A stretch of 64,000 bases of DNA from Epiperipatus broadwayi (lineage: Eukaryota; Animalia; Onychophora). Position numbers and translations under genes: made by a program. The first letter of the stretch is position 1. Every line of letters starts with the position of its first letter. The notes below the pieces were generated by a model. That model had not been told where the DNA came from and did not search any database. It worked only from the letters and a program-made list of their open reading frames with translations. Location of the stretch: the NCBI GenBank assembly GCA_028023455.1, contig JAQFVV010000010.1:2170001-2234000 (forward strand), in the 5' to 3' direction. Below, one piece after another: positions 12,134 through 25,849 of the stretch.

Positions 12134-15100
12134 AAAATACTTTTAAAGAATTTTATGACTAATTCTCTAAAAGGCATTTACAGTCAACTAAAATAGAAGA
12201 AAAAAGATAGTATTTAATTACTTTTGATTGTCGAATTAAAACTTTTTAAAATGCTGCTTTCATAAGCATAAGAATCTTGTAAATGACTTTAACATGCATG
12301 AATTTGATTTCATGTACTGAAAATATGGTGATATTTTGATAGTCAGTTTTTAAATTTGATTCAAAAAGTTCATTGCAAATATCTGAATACTAAAAAAATA
12401 ATATATATATGTAAAAAATGCTCTTATTTAATTTGATCCACAACAATGCACTAAAAACCAAAACATAATTTCTTCAACTATAATTTTGGTTGCTATATGT
12501 AATGTGAAATAAAAGTGTGGGACATTCTTAAATTAATTATTTCAATACTATTTTTAGTTGTCATATGTCACTTGAAATAAAAGCATGAAGTGTCCATAAA
12601 TTAATTAATTCAATCACTATTTTTAAAACTAGTGATTAATTTATGGAAGTTTCTTATTGCTGTGTCCAAATTTCCAAAACAATCATGGTTATAAACAAGA
12701 GTATGGGTCAATAACACAAAATAAATGAAGCGCAGTAGATTTTATTAGATATTTAATTACTAAGCTAGACTAAATACATCAGGTTCGATACAGATAACTA
12801 ATATTGGTAGATTATGTACAAATTAATTACAATATAATGTGAAAACTCTTAGATTTATCAAAATAATAATGCCAGAATAGCTTTATATGTCCTTGGATCC
12901 CACTTCAGGACTTTCATCAGAGCTTAAATGGGCATAAAGGCTAGTTCCGGTTCCTCTTCTTGATAACTCTTTGTCTGTGATGCCAGGTCTCCCTCTGTCT
13001 TTCTTGTAATTAATTTGTCTTTTAACTGCTCTATTCTGTTGTTATCTAGAGTAATTAACAATTCATTATTTTTGTTTGTTTTTTCTTAGCAATGCAGATT
13101 CAACTTGTTAATGTTTTCTGCTATTGTATCACAGTTTATATTTAATAGCCAAGCCAATCCCTTGAATTTCTTATTTATATACACAAATTAACTATATTGT
13201 TTTCAGTTCCAATGTTTAATTATATCAGTATACAATGTTCTAATTACCTGCATTGGAATTTTATAATAATGTTTTCTTCAATATGCTCCTTTCACTCCAG
13301 AAAACATATTTCACTGTAATCCCATACACAAACTTTTAGATATGCAAGTGGACAACTTTGACAACAATTATCTCAAGCCTCCACTTGCTGCTGAGAGATG
13401 TCTGAGTCATCTACCTCTTCTATTATTTCATCTAATATTTATTCAGAATCTGCACAATTTTTGTCTGTTACTATCTCTATTCTGGGTGAAATAATATCAG
13501 AGATTTTATTGTTATGTTCAGTGTTTGAATTCATCCAATTTTTCCAGATGAGGTTTATATACTGATGGAAATACATCCTAGATTTTGCTTGTATGTCCAC
13601 TATTTGATCCAAAATTATTTTTAGCTATTTCCTCCTCTATCCACAATATGTATATTGTCATATATCCAGACTCTTTCTCCAGTGGCATAAGTGTTCTTTT
13701 TAATGTTTGTTTATTGTTTTTTCTTTAACTGGAACCAAAATAAACAGCTTATTTGGATGCTGATTCCATGGGTATTTCTGCAGTTATTTTCCAAATACCT
13801 CTAGAAAGTGTAATATGTTGTATGTTGGTGTAGCATTGTAACATTTATGGGTTCTTGTATGTTATTATACTTTAATTTGTTTAGTATCTGCTTTAAGTAC
13901 TGCATCACTTTTTCAGCAATTCCTTTGGATGTATGAAAATGAAAAGCATGAACATGTTTCACTCTCTCCCCACTCATTTAAAACACTTCAAATTCTGTAG
14001 AAATAAACCCAGTTTCATTATTTGTCACTAAGATTTCCAATGATCCTTAATATGAGAAAATTTCATTTAATATGTCTGATGAACTCATTATTTTCTAGTT
14101 TATACTTCACCCACTTGGAACAAGATTTCACTAGAATCAAAAAAGTTGACTTTTGAATGGCTATCACGAAACAAATGCACACAACTTCACAGTCTGTTTG
14201 TTTTTGTCCATTATGTGTTCTTCTTTTATAGTTTGACCCAGTTTGAACTTTCTATGTTTTATTATCTATATCATTATCTGACCACAAACATAACTGCATG
14301 ACGGAGAATTTAGTTCTAACTATACCAGAATAATTCTGGTAAATTTTTAATATTTGAGGGCATCCATTAGATGGGATTACCTAATACTAAATAATACTTA
14401 ATAGTTGATATTTGTTGATGCACAGACCATAATGATTTATGTAGATATGTGAGCCATTTACTAGGACAATCTTCACTAATCCAGTTCATGAGTATCTGAC
14501 ATCCAGTTGTTTCCTTAGTCCAAATAACAATAGTTTTACTATTTAATAATTTAAACTTCCAGTAGTGCAAATAATTTACTGCTACTTCAATGTCTTTTTG
14601 TTTTATTAAATCAGATAAACATAATAAAGCATCTGCATGTTTAATTTGGCTGGCTTCTGAAATTGAAGTTTGTAATTGCATGCCAATAATAATTTGTACA
14701 GCACATCATTCATGAGCTTAATCTGAGTAGCTTTTTTTATTTGCAACAATTCCAAATAATGTGCAGTGGTCATTTATTTTAAATTGTTAGCCATAGATTA
14801 CTGGTGGAATTTCCTGTCAGCTGTGATTCTTACTATCTGTTGACTAGATTTTTTTCTACTTTTGACAAAGTCCTTGACATGAATGCTTGCTCAGTGCTCT
14901 GTGATGGATGATAAGTACTACTCCAATCCCAAAATTTGATGCAGCCATAGTAAAGGTTACATTTAGATTGTTACTAAAATGAATTAATAGGTAGGCTGCT
15001 TGAGGCCAGAAGCACTTTGGTTTTGTGAAAAGTGCTTACATACAGCTTCTTTCCACTCCAGAGTTGATTCTTTGAAGCAATTCAGGTAAGGGAGTGGTCA

Positions 15101-16849
15101 CATGAGCTTTACTTTCTTAGAAAATTTTCAAAAAAAAGTTGACCAAGCCCAAGAAATCCTGTAATCCTTTAATATTTTGGGGTCTATTTGCAATTGCTTT
15201 AATCTTTTCAGGATTAGTCTTGATGCCTGTATGTGAAATGACATGGTTTCCATTGCTCCAAAAAACATTTTTCTAAGTTAAGCTTGCTACAGAATTTAGT
15301 TTTTCACACACTTTATTTGCCATTACAAGTATGTTCTTGAAATAAAAGTTACTCTATCTAATCTCTCTAATAGTGCATTAATCTTCACTTGGCAAATGTT
15401 GAAGGTAATGGTTATCCCCAAAAAGGAAAGTAATTATAATTAAAACAACTCTTTATGGATTGTAATAGGAGTGCTGCTGTATTTTTAGACACCAATATCT
15501 GATGAAATGTGGCATTTAAGTAAACTTTGTGGAAATTTTTTTATCCATCTAGACTAACTAGTACTTCTCATTTATTTGGGACAATGTACCGGTTTTACCT
15601 ATGCTCTTGTTAATTGTGTCCTAGACAGATTTGAATTTGTTTTAGTTTAACATTATAGGAGTACCTTATTCAACAGATATCAATATCCCATTTCTCATCA
15701 AAATATCCTAAATATCTTCAATTATTGACCCTTTCATGGTTATTTTTCTCAGCTTACAATTAATGGGCTTTATCCCTTCCTGAAGTTCTATTTTTACAAA
15801 CATTGTGTTTATTTTATCTTGCACAACCCTAAATATTTTAGGCAATTTATTCTTTTTCAATTTTAACTTTATTAATCATGCATATTTTAATAACTAAAGG
15901 GGCAAATCATTATCTATCCACAATGAAGGCCAGGTTATCTTTAACTATATATAGATTTAGCTTTTCCCAATGGTTATTTATTGCCACAATTACTTTAACC
16001 ACAGCTACAAAATTTATGGAATTTCCATTTGCATTTTTAGCATTTAATTATGTTTTGCTATTTTTAGACAGTTTTTAATATTTTTATTTAACTCAGACCA
16101 ATACCTATGTGACATGAAAGATATCTCAGCTCTACTGCCTATTTCCATTTCAATGGGCTATCACAAATATTTTTCTGGTAATTAACAATCTTGGCCATGT
16201 TCCTAGCATTTCCCTCTATAAATTTTACATTTATATTATTTTTAATTTTTGAATAGTAGACTTCCATAGGTCAGTGAACTTGCCATAGTTGTTGCATTTC
16301 ATTCTTTTTCAGTTGCATTCACATGCTATATGTTCGAATTTTCAGTAACACTAGCATTCAAATTATGCTTTTTGCAACACTTTAGCCTTGCTCATTTTAG
16401 GGATTGTAATTTGCTTGGAGCCTTCTGCATTTGATTGTTAAAACTCTTTGGCATTACTTAGCACTTATAATCAATGCTTCTTTTGATGGTCTCGGGATGA
16501 CAGGTTGGTGATAACTAATTATTGTTGATGAAAATTGTCATTGGCCATTCCCCACAAAAATGTTTTAAGCAATGCTTAATTCTAAATACTTCTGGACTGT
16601 CTGTATGTATACATTAAACTATAAATAAAGTTTATTAAATTTTAATAAATTATGTAGAGACAGCACATGTATAATTGTCACCTCTTACTTTTGACTACTC
16701 TAGAAAAATTTACATAGAACATGAATATTATTGAATAATAAATAAAATAATGACTGCATATTATGCAGGAAGGACTGATATATAAAATGCAAGTAGTCTA
16801 TGAATGTTTGGGTTAATAATGGAGATATATGTAGTATTCATCAACCAAC

Positions 16850-17572
16850 AAAACCTCACATGATCATCATTTCCTAAATTTAAACAAGCTGTTATCAACA
16901 GTAGAAAACTCTCCATATAGTAATGCCATGCAGTGCAAGTCTTAATAATCAATGGGTGCAGGAAGGTTTGTGCATAAAATTCCCATCTAGTGCTTACTCA
17001 TCCAATATCTAGTCTGGGGATATTGGATAAGTCAGCATTAGATGGGGATTTTATGCACAAACCTTCCTGCATCCATTCATCATTAAGGCTTGCACTAGAT
17101 GGCACTACTGTATGGAAAGCTTGCTATGGTTAATAACAGCTTGTGTAAGCATAGAAAATGGTGATAATGTGAGTTTTGTTCATTTATACTATACCTGCCT
17201 ATGAAATGATGGTGACTGTGGTTTTTGATAAAGCAAAGACACCAAAATGTATAGATGCTGAACTGCATTCAGATCTATATGACTATGCAGTAAATGAGCT
17301 TCTGTTGAAGACATTAAGGCATTTTCACCTTCAACTCCTAACTTTATAGTTAACTAAATAGGTAAAAGATGGCTGCTTGAGAGTTGCACTAGATCCTTAG
17401 ATTTAGGTGCAGTGCTCTCAGATCAAAAGTTCCTCATCATTGAAAGCCACAAGCTAGAAACTACTCTGGGGATATTGGATGAGTAGGCACTAGATGGTGA
17501 TATTATGCAAAAACCTTCCTACATCCACTAATTACTGGGTGGCACTATTGTGTGAAGAGTTTGCTACTATTA
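16850..17572. repeat. Family A (A2) fold-back plus tandem copy inserted in the 5' LTR of Gypsy-C
   Basis: Antisense arm ~16850-17009; sense arm 17010-17572 with a 452-nt period (tagtctgggg 17010, tactctgggg 17462); absent from the partner LTR. Confidence 0.85.
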
Positions 17573-17824
17573 TATTTGTCAGCATTATAAAAAATGGTTA
17601 ATTAATGATATTGATGGTATGATATTGATGGTATTGTAGTATATACAGTTTTAAATATCTGTATGACAAAGAAACCAAATTAAATGATAACACACACTAT
17701 ACTGACTATATAAACTCTACTGTGTATATGAATAAATAAATTGATATAACAGTTTCTTGCAATTACTTTGCAGAGTAGAAAGTATATGCTACTCATTATT
17801 TATCCTTTCCTTATATCTTTAATT

Positions 17825-17966
17825 ATTTATTTTATATAGCATATGTTTACAATTGTATATATTCAAATATCAGCCTTTTAAGCTAATTGTGCATACACTT
17901 TGCGAGTGTTAATACTCGCAAAGCGTATGCGCAATTAGCTTAAAAGGCTGATATTTGAATGTATAT
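17825..17966. mobile_element. Small near-perfect palindromic insertion (MITE-like hairpin)
   Basis: Arms attcaaatatcagccttttaagctaattg...ttgcgagt / actcgcaa...caattagcttaaaaggctgatatttgaat; flanked by a duplicated tatatctttaatt; absent from the partner LTR. Confidence 0.75.
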
Positions 17967-20900
17967 CTTTAATTGTAAATGAATAAACTTGTGTTTTTAA
18001 GTTTTAATTTATGTATTATTTATTTATTAAAAGTTATTGATGTCACCTAGGTTACACTGCAGAATGGTTGAAGTTACCAGTAAATCTGAAATTTACAACA
18101 GAATGGCATAATAGACAAGTTTTTTTTATTTATATCCTGTGCAAACAATAGCAGATTTGACATTGTAGAACAACTTCTGTAAAATAGCAGAATGGCATAG
18201 ACAATAAAAATGGCATTGTCAAATAATAGTATCCACAAATTTGATATAAACAACATTTTGGCTTGTAAAATATATGTGAAACACATTGAGTGACATATGC
18301 TTATTAATAGAATCTAAGACAACAAAGTTAAAGAAGCTATGCATTTGTTGTTTCTGGAAACAATGTTTTACAAGTGATAAAATAACTATGTGACCCCCAA
18401 GTCACTGGAGATGTTCCATATGAGAAGTTAAAAGACAACTTAGTTCAGCCAACAACATCTAAATGGATGGCATACCTAAGATTTATGATGAGAAAACGGT
18501 CACCATATCATGATTATGATTTAGCATTAAGGATACCATAAAAGTATGTCATTTTACCTCTGAGCTAGATGACATGTTAATGGATCAGCTATTATATGGA
18601 ATTATGAATAATGAATTTAGGAAAGTCTTATTAAATGATCTGAACCTTACTTATAAAACTGCAATGGGAAAATATGTTGTGCAGGAAGTAATGTTGCAGA
18701 ATGCTTTGAAATTCCATTCTATAATATATGTGCATAAGATCCTTATAGCTGTTAATAAAACAGAAGCTGATAGACTGAACTGTAGGAATTCAATGGATGT
18801 CTTAATATGTCATTTCTGAGGGGGGAAAGGCCATGGGAAGATTTACTGCAAATTTAGAAAAGAAAAATTGTAATGTGTATAAATTAAAAGGACATTTAGC
18901 TTGCATCAGATGAAATAAAGACAGGAGTTTAAAAACTGAATTAAATTGGACTTTAATCATGGGAAGACAGAGTAATAAAAAAATGATCACAGGGAGACAG
19001 AGTAACAAGAAAAAATGGTGTTAAAAAAATTAATGACCCAGTCAAAGGTTGTGTTTTGTTACACGTTCTGTGAACAGTTGATTTATCTTTGTTATCATAA
19101 AAAGGACTGGGAAAAAAATGGTAGTACCAATAAAAGCAAATTGACACTTGGGAATATACACTCAATACCTATAGATATAAATGGAAATAAAATTAACATT
19201 TGTGGCAAAGTAACTACACCCATTAAAATCAATCAAATTTTTACAATTGTATATAGTCAAGAGAAATATAAGTCCTCTACTTGGTAGAAAATGATTCAGA
19301 CTATTTAGATTTAAAATAGAGTAAAAAAACAAAGACAATTTACAATGGTAATGCAAGTTATGGGAAGGAGTCTACATCAGTAAAAGAGATAGTAATATTA
19401 AGAAGTGGAATTTCAAAATCTTGCTTAGTTCAAAGAACACAAATTGGACTAGAAATGGCCATGGATATAAAACTCTGCAAAATTGGATAAGGTATGGATA
19501 GCCAAAGAAGTTGACCAAACTACATTGCAAGATCTATCTGGAATGCATGTGAAAGTTTGCCTACATGCAATGATCACATTCTTTTGACTAACTGTGCACT
19601 TATACCATCTAAAGGCTGAAAGCAAGTATTTAGTTTACTACATAAGGAACATCCAGGTGTTATACACATAAAAGCCTTAATTAGGTCATATGTTTAGTGG
19701 CCTAATTTGAACCAGGAGATAGATCAGATGGTGAAGAACTGTTTGCAATGTCAATCCACCATTTAACTTGCCTGCAAAAAGGTTGGAATCTTGATCAAAA
19801 ACTCTGTGTGAGAGATTACATATTGATCACACAGGTCTAATGAATGACTTCATCTTTCTAATTGCAGTTAATTCATACTCCAAAATGGTGAAGATTAAGT
19901 TTGTCAAAAATACAAGTGCAAAGTATACCATTAGAGCCATAAAAGAAATCTTCACAAATCAGTTATTCAAATAATTTTTAGCTTAGGTTTTGACATCACT
20001 ATACCAAGAATCAAATAGTTTGGCTGAGAAGGCAGTGCAACAATTTAAATTGATGCTAAATAAAATGCAAACAAGAATATAAAGTGTCTGTAGATACAGT
20101 GTTTTAACAACATTTCATACTGACTAAATCAACAATGAAGATCCTGGTCAAATTGTTAATGGGTTAAAAATTTCACATGTACCTGGGTTAGAGACATTAA
20201 AAAAAACCAATTCCTGATGTGATAATAGAATTATTACCAAACAAATCAGAGTAACTAAATTAGAAAATGGAAAACAATTAAAGAGACATATCAATAATCT
20301 ATGACCTCTTCATAGTGAGACATAAGATGCTGATAGTGTCATATTTTTCATTAGATAATAAAAAAAGAAATTCTAGTAAAAAGAAGTGCTTTGATTCATC
20401 TTCAGTTGTACAAAATGAAGAAACACCTACTGATACCCAATCAGAGGAGTTATATCTCATGGAAACAAATACTAAATATGATGATCAAGCAAAGAATTTA
20501 TTGTCATCTATACGGTCTAATCAAAAAATAACAATTGATCAGGATGAACAAGAATCATCACCACCTTCCAGATCTGTTCAAGATTATCAGATACTCATAA
20601 ATTACAGGACTATTTACTTAATTTTAAGGATTATTCTAGATTGAAGGAAGGAGTGGATTGTCTGTGCATATATGTGTATATTAAATTATAAATAAAATTT
20701 ATTAAAGTTTTGTAAATTACATAGACAGATATATGCATAATCATCACCACTTAATTTTGATCACTCTAAAAAAAATATTGTTGAATGATAAATAAAGATA
20801 ATATATGCAAATGAGCCATTTCATGCAGCAAAGAATGATATATAAAATAACTTGCAAAAATCTGAGTGTATTAGTTAATAATCAAGATATATGTTGTATT

Positions 20901-21599
20901 TGTCAGCATTGTGAAGACTGATTAATTAATGACGGTGATAGAATCATCATGTGTATAATATCTGTATGTAAATAACCAAAGTGAATGGTAACACACAACT
21001 ATGTGAATTTTATACATATTGTACGGTGTGTGATGGTTGTAATTACTTTAAAGAATACAAAGTAATTGCTGCTCATTATTTATCCTTTCTTTATACCTTT
21101 AATTGCAAGTGAATGTGTTTAATGGTGCTTAGGGTTAATGTGATTACTCAGTAGCTTGACTACATCATTGTAAGATATTTTTTCAGGGTCTTCAGGTTCG
21201 CAGTCAATTTGCGACCTCTAATATTCTTGATCCTCCAAGCAGTAGTAATAAAGCAATTTTTGTTACATCATCTTCAATTTTATTAACAATAAAATATTTG
21301 GTTATACTCTTTGTATAAATAGGCTACTCTGAAAAAGTGTCAACATAAAATTTTCCTATCCTTAATTGTGCTGTTGTCATATTATCAACTTCTGTTTATC
21401 TATTTAATTTTTTCAAGCTATCTAGCTTCTACTTTTCAACTCTGCTGATTACTTGTGCTCTAAGGCATAGGATTGTGTCAGGCTTTTACTCAACTGTGAC
21501 TTCAACAATTTTTATGCTGGGTGCCAACTCCCATTATGGCTATAGCCAAGAGTATGGATCAATAGCATAAATAAAAGATCCTCAGAGCACAGTAGATTT

Positions 21600-22880
21600 G
21601 ATTAGATATTTGATTATAAGCTATGCTACACACAATTATTATTGGTTGATTATGTACGAGCTAATTACAATGTGAAATCGCATCTTAGCAAAATGATAAT
21701 CAAGACCCGGAAGACTCGAAGTATCCCTAGATCCTAAGTATAAAATTTCGGAGAGCTTGATTGGGTATGAAACCAATCGTTCCATTTTCTTGGTAATGCT
21801 GGGTCTCCCCCTGCCTTTCTTAAAAAATCTGTAGAATAATTAACAGTTCATTATTTTTGTTTGTCTATCCTTAACAATGCGGATTCCGTTTATTAATTAG
21901 TTTTCTGTTGTCGATTTCTTCTATGCATATACCATAGATAAAAACAAAATTGTAGTTGAAGAAAAAAATATTTTTTGGTTTTTAATACTGATCAAATTAA
22001 ATGTTTTTTAATAAAATATTCTATATATAGAATTTTTTTTAAGCAGTGATTTATTTTACATTTTGTTATTGTAGATAATATTTACAATAATATGCTTGTG
22101 TTGTATATATTTACAATTTTTTTTTTAGACTTTTTTTTAAAAAATAAATAAATATAGATAAATGAAATGTTAATTAAGTAAGAATATAAATATGCATTGA
22201 TCCAGTCACACTACAGGATTCGCTACTCTCCCTCCCTCTCTTCATTTTCTTTCAACATGAAATATTTAGGCAGACATTTTTAAAAATTAGATATGTTGTT
22301 AAACAGTGATTAAATCATAAGTGAAAAAAATATATATCGATAGTTCACTTATAATAGAAGTGATTCAAAAAGTTGTAAATGTATTTTCGCTGGATGAATC
22401 AAAAGTTATTTTAAAAACTTTGCTATTGACACACAGTAATCGAATCACTCATAAACGATCCAAAACTAAATCGAAACAGATTATTTATATTTTTTAACTT
22501 ATAATGAATAGTCCTCTGTACATTGGTTCTATATTTTAAAATAGTTTTTGTAAATTTTTATAGCTTGGCCCTGCATTATTCATTCTTTATAAAAAGAGAA
22601 TGTACAAACTTAAAAGAGAGTACGCTGTTTACAACACGTCTCCTTCCTAAATTATGTATTTATATATAAAATAAAAAGCAATTTTTTTTTTAATGAGTTC
22701 TTTGGCCAAGAGTTTTATCTGACTAAATATTAGTTTAAAAAAAAAAAACTCATCAAGTATATATATTTTTTTCATTAAAAAAAAAAGTAATGAATATTTA
22801 ATTAAACATTGACATATTAACACGCCCCTTCTTTAGTTCAACGTGGCTTCCTTGCGAATCTTTTTTTTTTCTCCTTCACA
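21600..22880 (+). promoter_or_regulatory. CpG-retaining promoter/5' region of the L3HYPDH-like gene
   Basis: CpGs persist from ~21.6 kb through exon 1 to ~23.9 kb and become rare afterwards; cacgcccc GC-box-like motif ~22821. Confidence 0.4.
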
Positions 22881-23355
22881 ATGAATTTATTTCCAGATAA
22901 TTTAACTGTTAATACTGTAGAGATGCATACTGGCGGGGAGCCATTGCGAATTATTGGTTTACACAGTGGCTTTCCTAAAGTTGAAGGGAGGACTATATTA
23001 GATAAACGAAGATATGTTAAAGAGACGCTGGATGATTATCGGAAATTCCTCATGTTTGAACCGCGAGGACACCGTGACATGTACGGTGCTTTATTAATTC
23101 ATTCTGATATTGAAGAAGCTGATTTTGGAGTTCTTTTTATGCATAATGAGGGTTTTAGTACTATGTGCGGTCACGGTGTGATAGCTCTCGGCCGTTATGC
23201 TGTAGATTATGGTTTAGTTACTAATGTGACAAGTCCCGAAACTTTAGTAAAGATTCAATGCCCGTGTGGTCTGGTAAATGCATATGTGGAATATTCTGAG
23301 GGAAAATCGGGAAAAGTTCGATTTCAAAGTGTACCAGCATTTGTATATTGCTTAG
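22881..23355 (+). CDS. L3HYPDH: Exon 1 of trans-L-3-hydroxyproline dehydratase-like gene (proline racemase family)
   Basis: MHTGGEPLRI, LMFEPRGHRDMYGALL and DFGVLFMHNEGFSTMCGHG (catalytic Cys codon 23166-23168), then CPCGLV and VRFQSVPAFV; donor TTAG|GTAAAT at 23355/23356 (phase 1), after which similarity stops. Confidence 0.9.
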
Positions 23356-24879
23356 GTAAATTTCATTTGAATTTAAATGAATCAATTTTATTATTTTAAT
23401 TGCTTTGTTTATTTTTGTTGGGTGTGTCACAAATGCTATAGATAATTGTTTATTTAGGCTTGATCGGTATTTTTTTAAATATCTTTCTGTTTAATGATAA
23501 TGATCATTAATTAAATTATTAGTGCGTTTGGTGCACTTTGATCTACTCGTGAACCACATCATTTTTCTGATTATTGTTAAATAAATAAGAAATTGTTTTG
23601 AATTTTTGTTTTATCTGAAATCGTTTTTTTTTTTTGTCCATTTAATTTTTTTAATCATTTAATAAGTGTAACTTTTGAATACTTATATTATAGGCATATT
23701 ATTGGTGTTTTGTTTGTTTTAAGGAATAATCGTTTCCCTTTATAAGTGGTTAAACTTCTTCAAAATATATTCTCAACCTCCTTTTGAGATTAGGTCACGT
23801 TTTAATAAATTACCATTACTTCGGTTTTCGTAATATTCTCCAATTGATTTTGAATTAAATTTATTCTTTTTTAAAAAAATTATATTTAACAATAATGATT
23901 AAAGATGGGGGGATGGGGAATTGAGGAATATGGAAATTACAATTTATTAATATTCTCGATTTTTATTTTAAAGTTATTTAGGCTTAAATTACATTTCTAT
24001 ATCAAGCAGAAAACAAAGAATAATTTATTTAAACTTTCTCACTACACATGATCATATTTATAACTGAAACACAGGCTTATTATATACCTGTGTCTATATA
24101 TATAATATAGGATATATGAGCACAGACTTTCATATGACTCTCCACTCTATCTAATAACACCGATACACTCAAGCACATATATGCTGAAAAGATATATAAT
24201 CACCAATATACGTATTTCATGCTAAACCAGCAATCATCAGTTGGTCCAGATTATCATCTCCCACATATATATACTATAAGTGCTCAGATATATATTAAGA
24301 TAGACAATCTTCATACTTTAATGGACAGGCTTCAATCTACTCCACACTCCAACTCTTCAACCGTCCATGTAGAGTTTCAAGGTGAAATAAATAAACTTTA
24401 ATTATTAAACTTTATGTAGAGATTTTATTATATAGATTCTGAAGTCATCCTTTAAATTCTTAATGCGATTATACTAAACTGTCTTAAAGGAGTGCTATGG
24501 TCAGCTGTGATAATTTGGTTTTACAATCTTATTACTTAAATACTTATTTTAAGGCTGATTCCTTTCTTTTAAATGTTTGTTTTGAATTTTATTTTAAAAC
24601 TTTGACTGATTTTATTAATCAACATTATTTGTGAACATAGAGACTTGAATATATCAAACAATGTTAATTTACATAACTTTTTAAAACTCAACAATCTATC
24701 CAATTATTGATCAATAAATAGATGTCTACGAATTCTTTAGATGCTAAAACAAGAAAGAGAATTTTTTTTTTTAAAAAAAAAAGTCAATTGATAATTTACC
24801 ATCTAATAAATAATTTCTTTACACTTTTTTTTTTGGAAGAAGGGGAATGCTGGATAGGTCTTTGCCATGTTTTGGGCTA

Positions 24880-25535
24880 TTTCATTATCAACCATTATCA
24901 ATCCACTGCAGGATGAAGGTCTCTCCAAGTTTAATCCATCTTCTCCGATCTTTAGCTTCTCTTCTCCACATCACCCCTGCACACTTTCTTATTTCATCCA
25001 TCCATCTCACATGTGGTCTCTTTCTGGGTCTTTTACAATCTCTTGGAATCCAGTTTAAAATTTCAATTGTCCATCTATTATCATCTCTTCTAACAATATG
25101 TCCAGCCCAACTCCACTTCAATCTTTTAATTTTTTCAATGAGGTCAGTAACACCTGTTTGTTCTCTTACCCATACATTGCGTTTACGATCTCTTCTTGTT
25201 ACTCCCAACATACATCTCTCCATACTTCTTTGAGTGGTCTGAAGACTCTGAATTGCTCTTCTATTAAGTGTCCAAGTCTCAGATCCATAAGTAAGAACTG
25301 GTAAAACACATTTGTTAAAAACCTTCCTTTTCAAACACATAGGCATATTTCCTTTTAGTATCAAGTTATTTCTACTAAAAGCACTCCAACCAAGTTTAAT
25401 TCTATGATTAATTTCCTCCATTATGTTTCCATCTGTATTAATAATCTGAACAAGGTATTTGTAACTGTTAACTTCTTATAATTCATCATAATCAATCTTT
25501 ATTTTCATATTTTGAGCAAATCGATTAAACATTAA
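24880..25535 (-). mobile_element. 5'-truncated RTE-clade LINE (RT C-terminus, open 177-aa frame)
   Basis: EINHRIKLGWSAF...VLPVLTYGSETWTL...LKWSWAGHIVRRDDNRW...RPRKRPHVRWMDEI; (TGATAA)-type 3' tail. Confidence 0.9.
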
Positions 25536-25849
25536 GACCACATATATGTTCAAAGGCAGATTGAGGTTTGTGAGCAAAAATGTGCTTTTAATTGAGTTAC
25601 AATATTTAATCATAATTATTAATATCAAAAAATAGGGTGTCAGATTCTGGAGTTCAACTACCATGGATTGTGCTTTAGCTTGTCATTTTCTGATGGTTAG
25701 ACTTCTTATGAATTTCTAAACAATAAATTATTTGATATTTATTATGAGGATCAATGATATGTTATTGCCTGCAATTCTTAATTTATTTTACATGAATGTC
25801 ACACTCTATTAGAATATGTTAGAAACTACAATGAAATATTAATGAGTTA

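Larger units (their letters stand above)
16593..21120 (+). mobile_element. Internally deleted Ty3/Gypsy element (Gypsy-C) nested in Gypsy-B
   Basis: LTRs begin TGGA(C/T)TGTCTGT at 16593 and 20654; PPT GAAGGAAGGAG 20643-20653; gag (MDQLLYGIMNNEFRKVLLNDLNLTYKTA); zinc-knuckle remnant ~18810-18910; integrase zinc-binding HPGVIHIKALIRSYV*WPNLNQEIDQMVKNCLQCQ (~19650-19760); no RT or RNase H recognisable between ~19450 and ~19500. Confidence 0.8.
12680..21920 (-). mobile_element. Old Ty3/Gypsy element (Gypsy-B), interrupted by Gypsy-C
   Basis: Diverged LTR pair ~12680-13133 and ~21527-21920; PBS-like TGGCACCCAGC at 21526-21516; gag N-terminus (KYFIVNKIEDDVTKIALLLLLGG, ~21200-21310); pol remnants ~13200-16400 including an RNase H-end-like HADAL (ORF 14367-14681). 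Confidence 0.75.

Noticed and set aside
12885-12925. CTGATGA-AAGTCC...GGAC in the Gypsy-B LTR as a hammerhead
   Set aside because: GGAC is followed by ATAT rather than GAAA, and the motif is not conserved in the partner LTR.
23356-23399. C-terminal part of ORF 22881-23399 (KFHLNLNESILLF)
   Set aside because: Read-through into the intron after the GT donor at 23356.
24847-25304. Plus-strand ORFs 24847-25233, 24867-25058 and 25098-25304 as genes
   Set aside because: Antisense shadows of the RTE RT frame.
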